DNA of 64,000 bases from Patellaria atrata CBS 101060. Taxonomy: Eukaryota. The notes under the pieces are model-generated. The model was not told the DNA's origin. It worked only from the letters and a program-made list of their open reading frames with translations, and searched no databases. The DNA lies in NCBI GenBank assembly GCA_010093705.1, contig MU006107.1, forward strand, positions 170,031 to 234,030, given 5' to 3'. Below, one piece after another: positions 1-12,736 of this stretch. The position numbers and the translations under genes are program-made. Every line of letters begins with the position of its first letter. Position 1 is the stretch's first letter.

Positions 1-1992
1 TATCAATATTGGCGAGAACGGGGGACAAGACAATAAGAAAGTGGATACTAGCACTGTTGATCCCATTATGTTGAGTATATTCGCCCACAGATTCATGGCA
101 ATCGCAGAGCAGATGGGAAGAGCTTTGCAAAAGACTAGTGTTAGCACGAATGTGAAGGAGAGGCTTGACTATTCTTGCGCGCTCTTTGATGCGGATGGTG
201 GTCTTGTTGCGAACGGTAATTAAGCTCCCCTATGCTGCTACTGAACCTTACTAACAATATTTACAATAGCTCCTCATTTACCTGTCCATCTCGGCAGCAT
301 GTCGACATGTGTCAGGAAACAGGCAGAAATCTGGAAAGGAAAATTGAAGAAAGGAGACGTCCTCGTCTCTAATCATCCTATGTTTGGTGGGACGCATCTG
401 CCCGACATTACCGTTATCACACCCGCTTTCAGTGGTGATAAAATCGTGTTCTATGTAGCCTCAAGAGCACACCACGCTGATATAGGGGGTATCCTTCCAG
501 GATCAATGCCACCCAATTCTCGAGAGCTATTCCAGGAGGGCGCCGCAATCAAATCGGAAAAGCTTGTCTCCGAGGGCAAATTCAATGAGAAACGGATGAT
601 CGAGCTGTTGCTTCACGAACCCGCGCAATGGCCCGGGTGTAGCGGTACCAGATGTCTAGCAGACAATATCAACGATCTGAAAGCACAGATCGCGGCGAAC
701 CAGAAAGGCATAAACCTGATCAGTACACTCATAGAGGATTATGGGGAAGATGTTGTTCAATTTTATATGCATAATATCCAGGACAATGCTGAGTTAAGCG
801 TAAGGAATTTACTAAAGGACGTCAGTAAACGATTTGGAAGCGACAATCTGTCGGCGATCGATTATATGGACGATGGTAGTCCGATTAAGTTGAAGATTAC
901 CATCGACGCCGAGAAAGGAGAAGCTGATTTCGACTTCACTGGGACAGGAGCTGAAGTATATGGTATGATAAGTTATCATTACCTCGATAGATTATGGTCT
1001 AACCGTGACAACTAGGAAATATCAACGCACCCGAAGCAGTTTCTTACTCTGCGATCATCTACTGTTTACGGTGCTTGATATCACAAGACATTCCTCTGAA
1101 TCAGGGTTGTCTGAAACCAATTAACGTCAAAATACCGAAAAGATCTTTCCTTTCTCCTTCAGATAAGGCTGCTGTCGTTGGTGGTAATGTTCTTACGGTG
1201 AGTCTTATCTGGGTTATGATCAGTCCACCCAGTTAATTAGATACTAATATACCCTAGAGCCAACGTGTTACCGATGTAGTACTGAAAGCTTTTCGAGCAT
1301 GCGCTGCTTCGCAAGGCGACTGTAACAATCTGACATTTGGATTCGGAGGGAATCAATCAGGCGAGGAAGAAGTGAAAGGTTTCGGATATTATGAAACCAT
1401 TGCCGGAGGTAGCGGGGCAGGTCCTACATGGGACGGCACTTCTGGTGTGCACGTACACATGACGAACACTCGCATTACAGATTCAGAGATATTCGAGCGA
1501 AGATACCCGGTGATTCTAAGGGAGTTCAGTCTACGTGCTGGTAGCGCTGGGAAGGGGCAACATCCGGGCGGAGACGGAGTGATTCGAGATATAGAATTCC
1601 GAATCCCGGTACAGGTCTCCATACTTAGTGAGCGGCGGGTATACCACCCTTACGGTTTAGAAGGAGGTGAAGACGCAGAATGCGGGATAAATTATTGGGT
1701 GCGGAAGGTCGAGGATCTGGATCCGAACGCTGATAGCGCAGCGCCGGACGAAGGTGATCAAAAGGTAATGAAGACTGGAGCAAAGGCACCGGATGTCGAG
1801 TATGTCAACTTAGGAGGGAAGAATACGGCTAGCATGCGGCCCGGAGAGCGGATCATAGTTATGACCCCGGGTGGAGGTGGATGGGGTAAGGTTGGGGAAA
1901 AGAGTCAGGCTGTGAAAGGCAAAGAGCCAACGCATGCCTGGAGAAAGGGTAGCATAGCGGAACGCCAGGCGATGGCCGAAGCTTCGGCTTGA
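1..1992 (+). CDS. OXP1: 5-oxoprolinase (hydantoinase B/oxoprolinase C-terminal half), 5' part outside the window
   Basis: Motifs [42 protein letters not shown] and [16 protein letters not shown] introns at 216-269, 963-1015 and 1198-1257 join the ORFs in frame. TGA ends at 1992. Confidence 0.95.
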
Positions 1993-2603
1993 GTATGCCT
2001 AAGGTACCTAGTTCTAGGTGTTGTTAGGGTTACATCTTGCATAGAGTCCAGATGCAAGATGGAAAATGGTCGATTGACGAAACATGATCACGTGTCGGGA
2101 TGCGAAAATAACGATACTGTGACGTGCATATTGGTAGGAATGACTACTAAGATACCTCTTGTAGATGAATAGCGGTGATACCTTAAAAGCTGGTTGAAAG
2201 CCAAGACGGACGAATAGATTGATGAATGAAGCTGTAAGGTAGTGACAACAAGTCAAACACATGAGGTTACCCACTGTACCTTAGCTGGAAGTCAAAGGTG
2301 GGAAGGCACGGGGGAGGAAAGATGCGGGTCGATCTTGCGAGTTTCTGGTAGATCCACGTGACTTAGTGTGAGTTCAAAGCACGGTAACGTAAGCGGAGCT
2401 TGGCAAATAAACTGGTCCCTAAATCCCTAAATCTCTCAGCCACCCCACCAGCGTCAATCCTCTTTCCAACAACTTCAATCACATTCAGCTTCAACCACTC
2501 TCCACTCTACCTCCTTCAACAACCTCGTAGAACTACAGTTCATTGTTTCAAGCTCAGAATACCAGAACCTCTTTCTAGGAAGGTATCCGCAGAACACGAG
2601 TTT

Positions 2604-3320
2604 ATGTCCACTATCGAAAACCTCAAGACCTTTGGTAAGTTCCTTCGCCCCACGCCCCCAGCCCTGTTTGCCCTCTTTTCTCCTCCGTCGGGCACTTGCA
2701 CGGTCGTTGCTATGACCCTTTTGCTTCTTCAACTTCACTTGAAGAGACGTTCTCACGTTTTAGTTGCATAACGGACCTCCTGATCGAAGAGCTCATTCAC
2801 TCTTTCTCTTATCTCATGCTGACCTACCTCGTGTAACAGATCCCTTCGCCGAGGCCGACGCGGACCCTGGCGATACCAAGCAATCTCAAAATTATATCCA
2901 TATCCGTATCCAGCGTACGTTACTTCACTTTACTTTACTTCACCACGAATCATAAGAACTGGTAGCTTTGTTGCTACATAATAGCGTTGCGGCATGGTAC
3001 TGACATTCGCTCACAGAACGCAATGGTCGTAAGACCCTGACAACGGTCCAAGGCCTTCCAAAGAAATTCGATCAAAGGAAGATTTTGAAAGTCATCAAGA
3101 AGAAGTTTGCCTGTAATGGTACTATCGTTAACGATAGTGAGATGGTGCGTCATTCCTTTCTGCGGACTCGTTTTCCATGAGTCACCCGATACTGACTCTT
3201 TCATAGGGAGAGGTGATCCAACTCCAAGGAGATCAACGCAAAGACGTCCAGGAGTTTCTTACCGACAAGAAGGAGGGCCTCGAATTGGATGCTAAGACGA
3301 TCAAAGTCCACGGCTTCTAG
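2604..3320 (+). CDS. SUI1: Translation initiation factor eIF1
   Basis: Exons 2604-2634, 2840-2914, 3017-3144 and 3207-3320 give MSTIENLKTFDPFAEAD...IHIRIQQRNGRKTLTTVQG...KKKFACNGT...IQLQGDQRKDV...IKVHGF*. Confidence 0.97.
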
Positions 3321-4262
3321 TCGATACCACCTCGATCCATCACCTACCGTGTCTTCACCGCGACTGTCTCAGTTTCGCACCTAGGGGCTTCGACGTACGG
3401 TGTTATGCGATCTGATTGGCTCTCTCGGAGAGTTTTACTTCTCTTTCCTATGATAGGACATTAGATCTGATCCGGGTTTCACACTGTCATTATTCTGCAG
3501 CTTTAGTTTATTCTCAAGAGGCCTGCCCCCCATTCGCGGCACCTTTATGCGTGGTCTAGGTAGTAGCATGGCTTCGGCTTATACTCATGAATTGAATCGA
3601 GTTGTTGATTGGAACGCTGACCCGTTCTTCTTATCCCCACCCCAAATACATATACGTGCATGAGATGATCACTTGATTGCATAGAATTTACCATGACTGA
3701 CCAATTGACTATAAAAGCGTACGCAGGATGGTATTTGCACATTCTCCATCTGACTCCACAGTTTGAAGCTGCGTGCTTATCATCCCCCGCACTCCCAAGC
3801 ATCAGCTGTACAGCTAGGGTGGAGCCCCCCATATGTTCTTACTAAACATGGACTGTACACACGACACAAGTACAACCCAGCTAGCTAACTCAGTATCGTG
3901 AATTTCAAATCACAAGGACTCCAAAGGTAGGGCACATTATAGGTAGGTAGGTACAGATAGCTATACAATACAACAAGGCAGGTAGATTATCCACACAGAG
4001 AGCCAAGAACGGAGAGGTAGCATATAATATCGTCCCTGCATACCCTACTCGTAACGATATCTTTTCCTCCCTGGAACTCAGGCGTATGCACGAATGCAAA
4101 TATCAAACCCAAACCTAGACCTCGATATCCAAAGGCCCCCCAAAAAAAATATCCATAAACGCCGTGGGATGCTGTGACCTCGATACAAAAGAGAAGCTTT
4201 ACTTCAGACAAAGGGGAACGAAAGGATAAGGTAGGAAGATAGATTTGGGTTGGTTTGTACAT

Positions 4263-6196
4263 CTACTCCACATCCTGGAGCCTCTTGCTCGGACTCGCCC
4301 TCGATGAGCCAGCCGCATCATTCTGCCCTCCTACACCCCCACCCGGCGTCGGACCCGACGCCGACGAGTGCAAACCCAGCGTCTCCCTGATCAAACTCGC
4401 CGTGCTCTCCTGGGGCGGTCTCGGCTCCCCCTCCCGCTCCGGAACGGCCTCATAAACCTCACCGTGCTGCAAATGGGCCTCGAGACGGGCCTCGTCGCGC
4501 ATCTTGACGATCTTGAGGTAGTTGTAAGCGGCGATGGCGGCGATGGTGATGACGAGGCCGGAGACGTTGATCGGGGTGAGGGGGTCGTGGAAGACGGCGC
4601 TGGCGGCGGAGATGGTGACGACTTCCTTGAAGATGCCGCAGATGGAGAGGGTGACGACAGAGGTGCGCTTGAGAAGCGCGAACTCGGACGCCGTCATCAG
4701 GAACGCGAGACAGCCGGGGAACAGGAGCAGGGAGGGGGCGCGGCTGCCTTGGGTTTTGCCGAGCTCGACGAGAGCGTTTATGAAGGCGAGGGGCCCTTCG
4801 GCGGGGAGAGCGATGAGGAGGAGGGAGAGGAACATCACGGGCGCGAGGAAGAAGATGCTGCTGAAGGGGTTGCTGGTGGCCGGGTTGCGGAGGAGGAGGA
4901 TTTGCGTTAGCGACCACCGGAAGCCGGAGGAGGCGGCGGAACACATTATGAGGGCGAAGCCGCGGACGTCGAAGGCGGCTTCGCCGGCGACCATCATGAC
5001 GACGCCGACGGTCATGGTGGCTATGATGGCGAAGAGGCGCCAGGAGGGAGTTTCGAGGCGGAAGAGGAAGGCGAAGAGGAGGACGAAGCCGAGAACGGAG
5101 GATTTGCACATTGCTATAAGAGAGAAGAGGAGGTTAGATTGAACGTTGCGTGGGGAGGAAGGGAAGGGGCTTACTGAAGAAGGTGAGCGATATGAAGCGT
5201 AAACTCATGTTTCCTAGCCCGATGTCCATGCCCGTAGCTAGACCGCAGGGTCCGAGCCGCGTTAGGTAGAACCATCGTGTCATTAATGGCTTGTTGGGAT
5301 CTACCGGCTCTATCCTGGATTGTGTGGTGTGTGAATGGAGGTTTGATAACGAGTCGTGTCGTGGTCGGAAGCGTGGGAAGAGGAAGAGTACGAGGGAGGC
5401 GAGAGAGAATTGCACGACCATGTGCATGCAGGTGGTAAATAGGGGGTAAGGAAAGTTTAGATTCTTCCCGTCATCGTCCGAGAACATCCATTTGTTGTAC
5501 TATAGAGCCTGTTAGCAGATGAAGCGGGAGTGGGGGAAAGGGGGCATACAATTGATATTGATATTGAAAAGAGATACCTGAAATGTATATTTAGCCCAGA
5601 TATATCGACTCCACGCATAGTTTGACTCACCATAGTCCAATGAGCAAGGCATTGATCAGCGATGCCCTCACGATGCTCTTCGTCGCCAACTTCTTCTCCT
5701 CATCCGTGATCTTTACATCCCCAGCAATCCGCTCATCTATCCGCAACTTTCTCTTCTTTCTCCTCCGCCGACTCCGTCTATCATAACTTGTGAGCCCCGT
5801 CTCCTCATCATCCTCGAGTCCGTCATCGGAATGCATATCGTCAAGTTCCAAGTCTTCACTCCCCGACTCGTCGTATGATATAGATGATCTCCTACTATCA
5901 CCACCCTTACGTTCCTCCTCTTCCGGAATGTCTCCTGCCCTCTGTTTCGAATGCGGTCTAAGCGATGACGCTCTTCCTGTGCTTCCCTTACTTGCCAAAG
6001 AGGAGCTCCTTCGTCTTCTAGAATTGGACGCCGTATCATCCATCACCACGCTTCCAGGCCGTCTGGGAGAGATAATATGGCGACGGGGAGCGCCGCCTTT
6101 GGTGTCGGACGAAGCAGTGTCGTCGAAGCCAGAGAGAGGAATTGCATTGAGGTCCTGGAAGGGCGGTGGAGACACGTTCGCGGTTGAGGGAGCCAT
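4263..6196 (-). CDS. Triose-phosphate/nucleotide-sugar transporter family protein (SLC35C2/Ymd8-like)
   Basis: Spliced product contains LIGLWYLFSISISIYNKWMF, FPYPLFTT, DIGLGNMSL, MCKSSVLGFVLLFAFLFRLE and TSVVTLSICGIFKEV. Three introns, including a 28-nt exon at 5550-5577. ATG 6196 is the inferred start. Confidence 0.88.
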
Positions 6197-7023
6197 TTCG
6201 GTCAACCAAAAATAATGGGGCTTATTCCGGGGAAGTGAGAATGAAGCCCCTGGTAGGTCTGATGCCCGCGTTGGTGCCGCTTGGCTCACGCTTGTTCGGC
6301 ACGCGACAAGACGGTAGGAGAGTCTCGAAAGGGGCTTTTATCACGCATCCATCTTTTCACTTTTTCATCTCAGCAGACAGTTGGTGAATTTGTTGTTTTG
6401 TTGGGTGTTAGTATCTTCTATGGAGTACAGATCATATAAAGACGAGAATAGATATTGCGGCTAGGTCTCGCGTAATCTCCTTGTCTCAACACCGCATTAC
6501 AACTATCCCTCCTTTATGGGAAGAAAAATCGAATCAACTCTAGAGAGACTTTGGTGCTACGTTGTGAAAGTAGAGGAGATGCCAGGATATCACTTTGTAG
6601 GGTTAGATCTAGAACTGATGCCGGATGACAATATCATATGGTCATATATACAAAACCACATGACGGAAGCATGTTAAACACTGGCAAATTCTGTTTCACT
6701 TCCTGCATTAACAGTTTCCATTTCTTCTATAAAGAGTATTACGATGATGATATAGAACTAGAACTTTCATCGCTATCCGCTCAAGCATTCCCACATCGTC
6801 ATTTCTATAAACCATCTCCGCGTACTTTCATTCATCAGTCAAGCCCTTCCTAACTGAGAGCAATAATAGAAGATCTCTCCTGAACCTGTCCGCTGGGGAG
6901 GTCCAGTTGAATTGTATCCACTCCAAAATCACACCGAGAAGCGAACTGCAAACCTGCGTATGCCTGATGTGCTCAAAGCTCATTTTCGTCTCCGCTATCA
7001 CCTCTCTCCACTATGTCTCTCGT

Positions 7024-7635
7024 TCAAAATGGACTACTAGCGTTCTCAGCTCTAACTCTAGCTACCGCGTCTCTTGACTGTGTCAGTTCTTTTAAATGAT
7101 TCCTAGCCTCACCCAGCTCGATTTGATATAGAAGTCGATACACGTCCAGGATTCTCATAATATCAACATACGGACGCCCCACGAGCGCAACTTCCCAGAC
7201 ATGATCAGGCATGGGTATCTCACTGGTTTCTGGGCCAGGAGTCATTTTCAGTTTGGCCAGCTCGAATGCTGTTTTGAGAAGAACAGGATACCGCATGCTC
7301 CAGCCCCTGGGTTGCGCCTTTGTTACCGCTGAAATGAGCTCTACCCGGGTTATGTCAACCGCTGTGGCACAGGTGACAAGGTATTTGATGTCTTCGGTTC
7401 TAACTTTCCCTGCGACAGCGTTGTGAATCTCAAACATGATTTCTGCCAACTCTTCGATTTGACGACCAAGAGTGAGGGCAATGCTCTGATGACAACGTGG
7501 TCGGAGGTGGAAGACGGTCATCGATTGTGCTGTAGTATGTTCCTTCACTGCTCCTTTCCTGGGGATTTTTTGTACGATCACTCGACCAATCTTAGGTAAG
7601 GATGATATTCTTTGCGGGATACTCGTTGAATCCAT
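7024..7635 (-). CDS. Hypothetical protein (possibly degenerating)
   Basis: 203-aa ATG-initiated ORF with globular-looking composition. No family recognised. Confidence 0.4.
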   Translation of the reverse strand: MDSTSIPQRISSLPKIGRVIVQKIPRKGAVKEHTTAQSMTVFHLRPRCHQSIALTLGRQIEELAEIMFEIHNAVAGKVRTEDIKYLVTCATAVDITRVELISAVTKAQPRGWSMRYPVLLKTAFELAKLKMTPGPETSEIPMPDHVWEVALVGRPYVDIMRILDVYRLLYQIELGEARNHLKELTQSRDAVARVRAENASSPF

Positions 7636-8200
7636 GGCGATTTGAGGGTAGCTATAGTCTCAGGAAAGGATACTCAAGGAGAGATTCGGTAGGAAGCAAG
7701 GACCAGATATACAATTCCTGTCGACCATTAGCTCATAAAGTATTCCAGTAGTCACTTTAGACTTGTAGGTCTGCATGCAGTTTCGAAAACAAGAGTTTCC
7801 CTAAATAATGTAACCCTCACTTCTATCCATAAATCCAAGTAGTAATCCATAAACGAGTTAATAAGACAAGCCTGGTATCGTTGATGTGGTGTTGTGTGAT
7901 TTTCAACTCCTATACCTTATGATTTTTGGAGGGTTTAAGTCAGGATTTTAATACCTTCCCTCTTCTTGTTGCTAATGTGAAGATTGGAAAGTGCTGTCTG
8001 GATATCAGTTATTCACCTCACCTATTCGCACCGTCTTTCTGGGTGATGCAGCAATGCTTTGAACTGAGAAATAAATTGCATGAATAAGGATCAATTGTGC
8101 TAAAAGATGATTTACAATCATTTTGCGGCTACTATACGTCAATTGTAAGCCAACGAAGAGAGCATAGAACTTAATCGCTCAATCTGTCAAGGTGAGCTAG

Positions 8201-9385
8201 CTATCCCGCATGACTATACGAACATCGGTGACTTTGTTTTTCATGGTCTCTGTCACAGCTCTTGCTTTTTCGAGATCTGTCCAGACGAGATGTACGGTGT
8301 TTACGATCCCGACTCCTGGACCTATTCCTACTTCTACTCCTACGATGATGATGGTGATGGTGATGGTGATGGTGATGATGAGAATATTCATGGTGTCCCG
8401 ACTTGCTTTTTGAATCAGTAGCTGGCGAATCAAGTGTAAAATCTTCTAAATCATCTTCATCATGATGTCTTTTAGTCCGGCGACGACGTTCTCTCCTATC
8501 CTCACGCTCTTTCATAGAACGTATCTCCCTTACTTCTCTTTCCCTCTCCTTTTCCCAGTTGCTTCGTTCTTTCTCGACGTCCCTCAACTTAGATTGTGCC
8601 TGCTGCATAATTGCAAGTGGATCATTCAGTACTATCCTCGTACTCTCCCGCTCCTTTCTCTTGGAGTCAGGTCGACCAAACACATCTTTGCTTTCTACTT
8701 CAATGTCATGGGGTGTACCTTCCTTGCCTGATTTAGAAGATTGCTTGGTAGAACTCGACGTATACCAAGGGTTATGGATGCCATCTCTTCCAGCAGCATT
8801 AGAGAGGCGCATAGTATACAAATTCTCTTCTTCGCGCTTCTTCTTCTTCTTCTCGGCCTCGGCCTCTTCATTCTTTCCGGCACGACCTCGCGTCTGAATA
8901 GGAAATAGATCAATGTTCCCCGCATGGTTAGTGAGAGGAGCATCACTACTTTGATGTTTCTTAATCTTTCTGCTGTCATCTACTGCGGGTGAAGGGTTCG
9001 CTTGTGATCTTGCTAGCCTGATATCTCGGTCAGTGTCGTCTTCCCCCGCTAGACGACGGCGCTTGCGGTCCCTGCCATCGAACCGATCCTGACGTCTACT
9101 CTCTGACTTCCTTTCAGTAGATTTTTCATCTGACGGAGGATCAATTGGAGGCGGTGTCTGGCCACGTAAGAAAGCTATACGACGCGCAGTATCAATCTCT
9201 TGCATCCGTTGCTCTTCCTCGGCCTCCTTGGCTGCAGCTGCAGCTTCATCGCGTCGGACCCGTTCGATATTATCGGGATTATACACATTCCAGGACTTTT
9301 TACCGAGTAGATGGCTGGTTGGGTATGGTTGAGCATGGATGAAAACAAAGGATTGGAAGGTGACGTGATGTACTTACAGTGGCAT
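8201..9385 (-). CDS. Cir_N-domain (CIR1/LENG1-like) splicing-associated protein
   Basis: An 8-nt first coding exon (9378-9385) and an intron at 9315-9377 give MPLHLLGKKSWNVYNPDNIERVRRDE. The C-terminus is RS/His-rich. Confidence 0.85.
8344..8379. repeat. (GAT/GGT)n coding microsatellite encoding a poly-His tract
   Basis: gatgatgatggtgatggtgatggtgatggtgatgatg reads as a His run on the minus strand. Confidence 0.85.
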
Positions 9386-10349
9386 CGTGACGTTGAAATT
9401 GGAATTATGAAATATTAGGTGAGAGGAATGATAACGTGATACGTTCAGAAACTGGAATTAAAAGGAAGCATTTTGTTCATGAAGTCGAATAATATACGTT
9501 TTGTACCCTCCGTATGCAGCTTTTGGTGCATTAGAGCTGGAGCTCCCCCATGAAGCACCGCCTCGGCTCGGTGGTGGTGCCTTGGCTTAAGGCTGGGGAA
9601 GGCCTGAAGGGTTAAGCGTGACTCGCCGACTCGCTTGATCAAGAACTTTCAGAAATCAGAAGCCAAAAAGTCGATCGTCTGGGGCTGAAAAGGATCACAA
9701 ACAAGGGGACACCACATGCCCCGATGTCCAGCCCACATTCTTGGCCGGCTTGATCAGCATTTGCAATTCACTAACCTAACCTCTTCTTCTGAACTTATAT
9801 CAAGAATGTACTTCTACTTTCCTTTCACAGCTATCTTTCTGATATCCACGTCCATCTCAAGAGCAAGCATTGGAAAGCTCCTCCTTTACGACTCTACATT
9901 GACCTAGCTCTGAACAGCTACAACCGCTCAGTCAAGAGGAATAGTCAACTGCTTCTCTGTCAAAAGCAACTAGTCGCCAAGGGGGAAGCTCCTGTCAAGC
10001 TGGTACGAATTGCACGCGATGCTTGTTCTCTTGCAGCACCTCTGCCGGAATACCAGTTCGTAAACGTCTTAAGGGAGGAATCCTACCAGTACTGTTATTC
10101 AGTTGACGTACAGCAAGAGAAGAACACGCGACTCCGATAGCCAATCGAAGCTCACGCCCTACGTTTCAAGTAACACGGAACTCTATTCGTTGCGAGATCG
10201 AGTACAAGGCCTAGCCTATCATTTCCATACCATACTTTCAAGCTCCTGGAAGCTCATATATGCTCCTCCGGCTGTCCGATTGGCATCAATCGAATTGATT
10301 TACTCTTATAAGGCCGCCGAGAAAACGAGATCGAAGAGCATCGTGAACA

Positions 10350-11108
10350 ATGCCCACCTACCTCCTTCACGGTTTCCGCTGGCCGCGCCACTTGATACGC
10401 ATTCACATAATCCTCCAGAAACTCGATGACGCTGCTGCAGAATGGCTTATGGCGCCTGCAACTACAGCCGCCATGACTGAGAATTTCGAGGAGCTCTATC
10501 CTGACCTTATGACCGCACTCCCCGACTTGCGATTCATCGAACAATATGACATCAGAGAGACATCGTCGAAATCGCAGCCTTACGCCTACGTAGCAGACAT
10601 GTGCCATGAGGTAGATCTCGGTATTGATATTGATGAAGTCAGAGGGAAAGGCGTGAGCAACGACGCATGGGCCGCATTGATGGAACTTAGGGACAAGATT
10701 GCGCCTGGAGAAAAAGTTGCGTGGTTTGTAGTCGTGTGTGGGGATACAGAGAGATTTGCGCCCCCTCTAGAGGAAATCAGTGGAGGGAGTGCAACAAGTC
10801 GGGCAAGCGTGAGCGAAAGTGATGTGAGAGAAGATGTCAGTTTGCACTTCCTCTCCATCAACTGTATCCTAGATCTAACGGGTAGCAGGGTCAAGCAGTA
10901 TCACCTTCGAAAGGGGGTCTCAGAAAATGGTTCGGTGTGAAGAAGTCGAAAAGGTTACTTCCCCTTTCCAAATTTCCTGTTTTGCAGTATAGCCCCTGAC
11001 AGACAATTCAGCTCCAAATCTTTAAGACGGCCTATGTCTAATGGTTCCACGGTAGATGCTCCACCGCTTCCAAACTTAAACGCAAATCTGAATGGTAGGA
11101 GCTCATGA
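10350..11108 (+). CDS. FlbE-like developmental regulator family protein
   Basis: N-terminus MPTYLLHGFRWPR..IRIHIILQKLDDAAAEW and SQPYAYVAD resemble Aspergillus FlbE. Two predicted 3' introns (donors near 10836 and 10954) lead to TGA at 11108. Confidence 0.7.
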
Positions 11109-12736
11109 GAGTGCAATCTAAGCATATGCCGCATGTCATTGTGTCGCATGAACTGGTCTTATGCCCGGTGTTATTTCAAGTTGTTGATTTATATCATAAT
11201 TATCACTAAAGATATAAGGTATCCATCTCAGCACCATTACGAGCCGGTCAAAGCTGCAGAGCTACCTCTAGCCCGCAGCATCCACTCTGCTAAGGGTAGA
11301 ATACAAGAGGACAAGAGCTCACGGCTCTACACAATCGGCTTTGCTTCCTGCTTCGTACGTGTACTTGTATGAAAAGATTCGGAGATTTCTGCCTTTCGGT
11401 ATCTAGGCAATGTATCTATTTGAAAATATATGGGTACGAACCTAAATCTCTCCTACTTTAATCAATAGTACAACCTCATCGAGTGTCTCCCTCACGATAC
11501 AGTTACCCCTACTTTATTGTCCACCCCCCTTAATCGCAGCCAGCGCTTCTCGTCGCTGTACGTTTTACGTACATTTCCCCCGTACAGCGTACTCCATCTC
11601 CAGATGGAATTTCACCTCTCCGTACCACCGACCCCAAAACCACTTCAATCATACGAGCATACCTAGCCACAACTCCCGCAACAACGGAAGGATACAGCTC
11701 TGTCTCCGTTCAAAGTTTCCGCCGCTCAGTGGATCGCACGCTTCCGTCGCATTCGCACCTCCTGGACTCTCTGTCCAAAACCACTACGCTTTGTTAGATC
11801 TTAGATCCTGGTTTCGGTTGATTTTGACTACGTGGTATGAGCGACTGTACCGAGGACTCCGACATAAGGGCAGCTCCGCTAGACAGCCACCTTAACTGCG
11901 CTAGAGATTTGGTGCTATGTAGATCAACAGCAGAAGGACTATATCCCCGCTGTAGAGTAGACTGATAAACCCGTGGATCGTTCGGCTGAGGCTATGAGGA
12001 CATATGTAGAGCAACTGGTCCTTGGATGAAGGATAAGTCGTTTGGTAAGATGGGGGTTATGAGATATACTTGGGCATTGGTACTGGGTGCTCATGCTGGT
12101 ATATTGTACCCTCGGTAATTTTAACTTCTTATCGTGTGGGTTACTCGCATAGTCATCACTGCCTCTTGCATGAACTCTCCCTTTCTGACTTATGCTCTCT
12201 TCCGCATAGGACAGATACTATCACGAAAATAGTTGTTGATTTGCGAATGCAAATATCTTACTAGCTGGATGATTCGGTACTTGCTCATTGCTCGGAGGCA
12301 AGTCCAATTGCGTGGATCCGTACGTTCAGATGGTGAAGTTGTGTAGGGGTTCAGGAGTCTGGATATATGGTATTATTTTTGCGTTATCGCCCCCCAGGTA
12401 GATAGAACTGCGTTCAAATAAGACGTCCTCTTCTTCATCCTCTCATAAACAATTAAACAACAATATGGTGACACGGACAACGTAACCATGAACTTTTTCC
12501 TGCTGCCTTTTTTTTTTTCCCTTTTTATCGGAACAGTTAATAGGGAATTGGTTATAACCCGCTACACACTAGGCGTAAATGACGCGGTAAGTTTATACCA
12601 CACAAGAAGAGCAATGGTGAGAGAAAGTGATGAATTCACTATTGAAGAGAGCTTCAAATCGCAGCCCTCCCATTCATGATGGTCATAACATATCGTAACT
12701 CCCTTAACCCCTCTTTCCAGCCCAATCCCTTAACCG

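Noticed and set aside
2635..2839. snoRNA in the long first intron of SUI1
   Set aside because: No proper C box (RUGAUGA) or terminal stem is visible. An Infernal/Rfam search would be needed.
4368..5142. Long overlapping ORFs (180-216 aa) across the TPT last exon
   Set aside because: Shadow frames caused by extreme GC3 in the real minus-strand gene. No recognisable motifs.
11460..12400. Possible gene remnant between the FlbE-like gene and IST1
   Set aside because: Only short interrupted frames, and no family could be recognised by eye.
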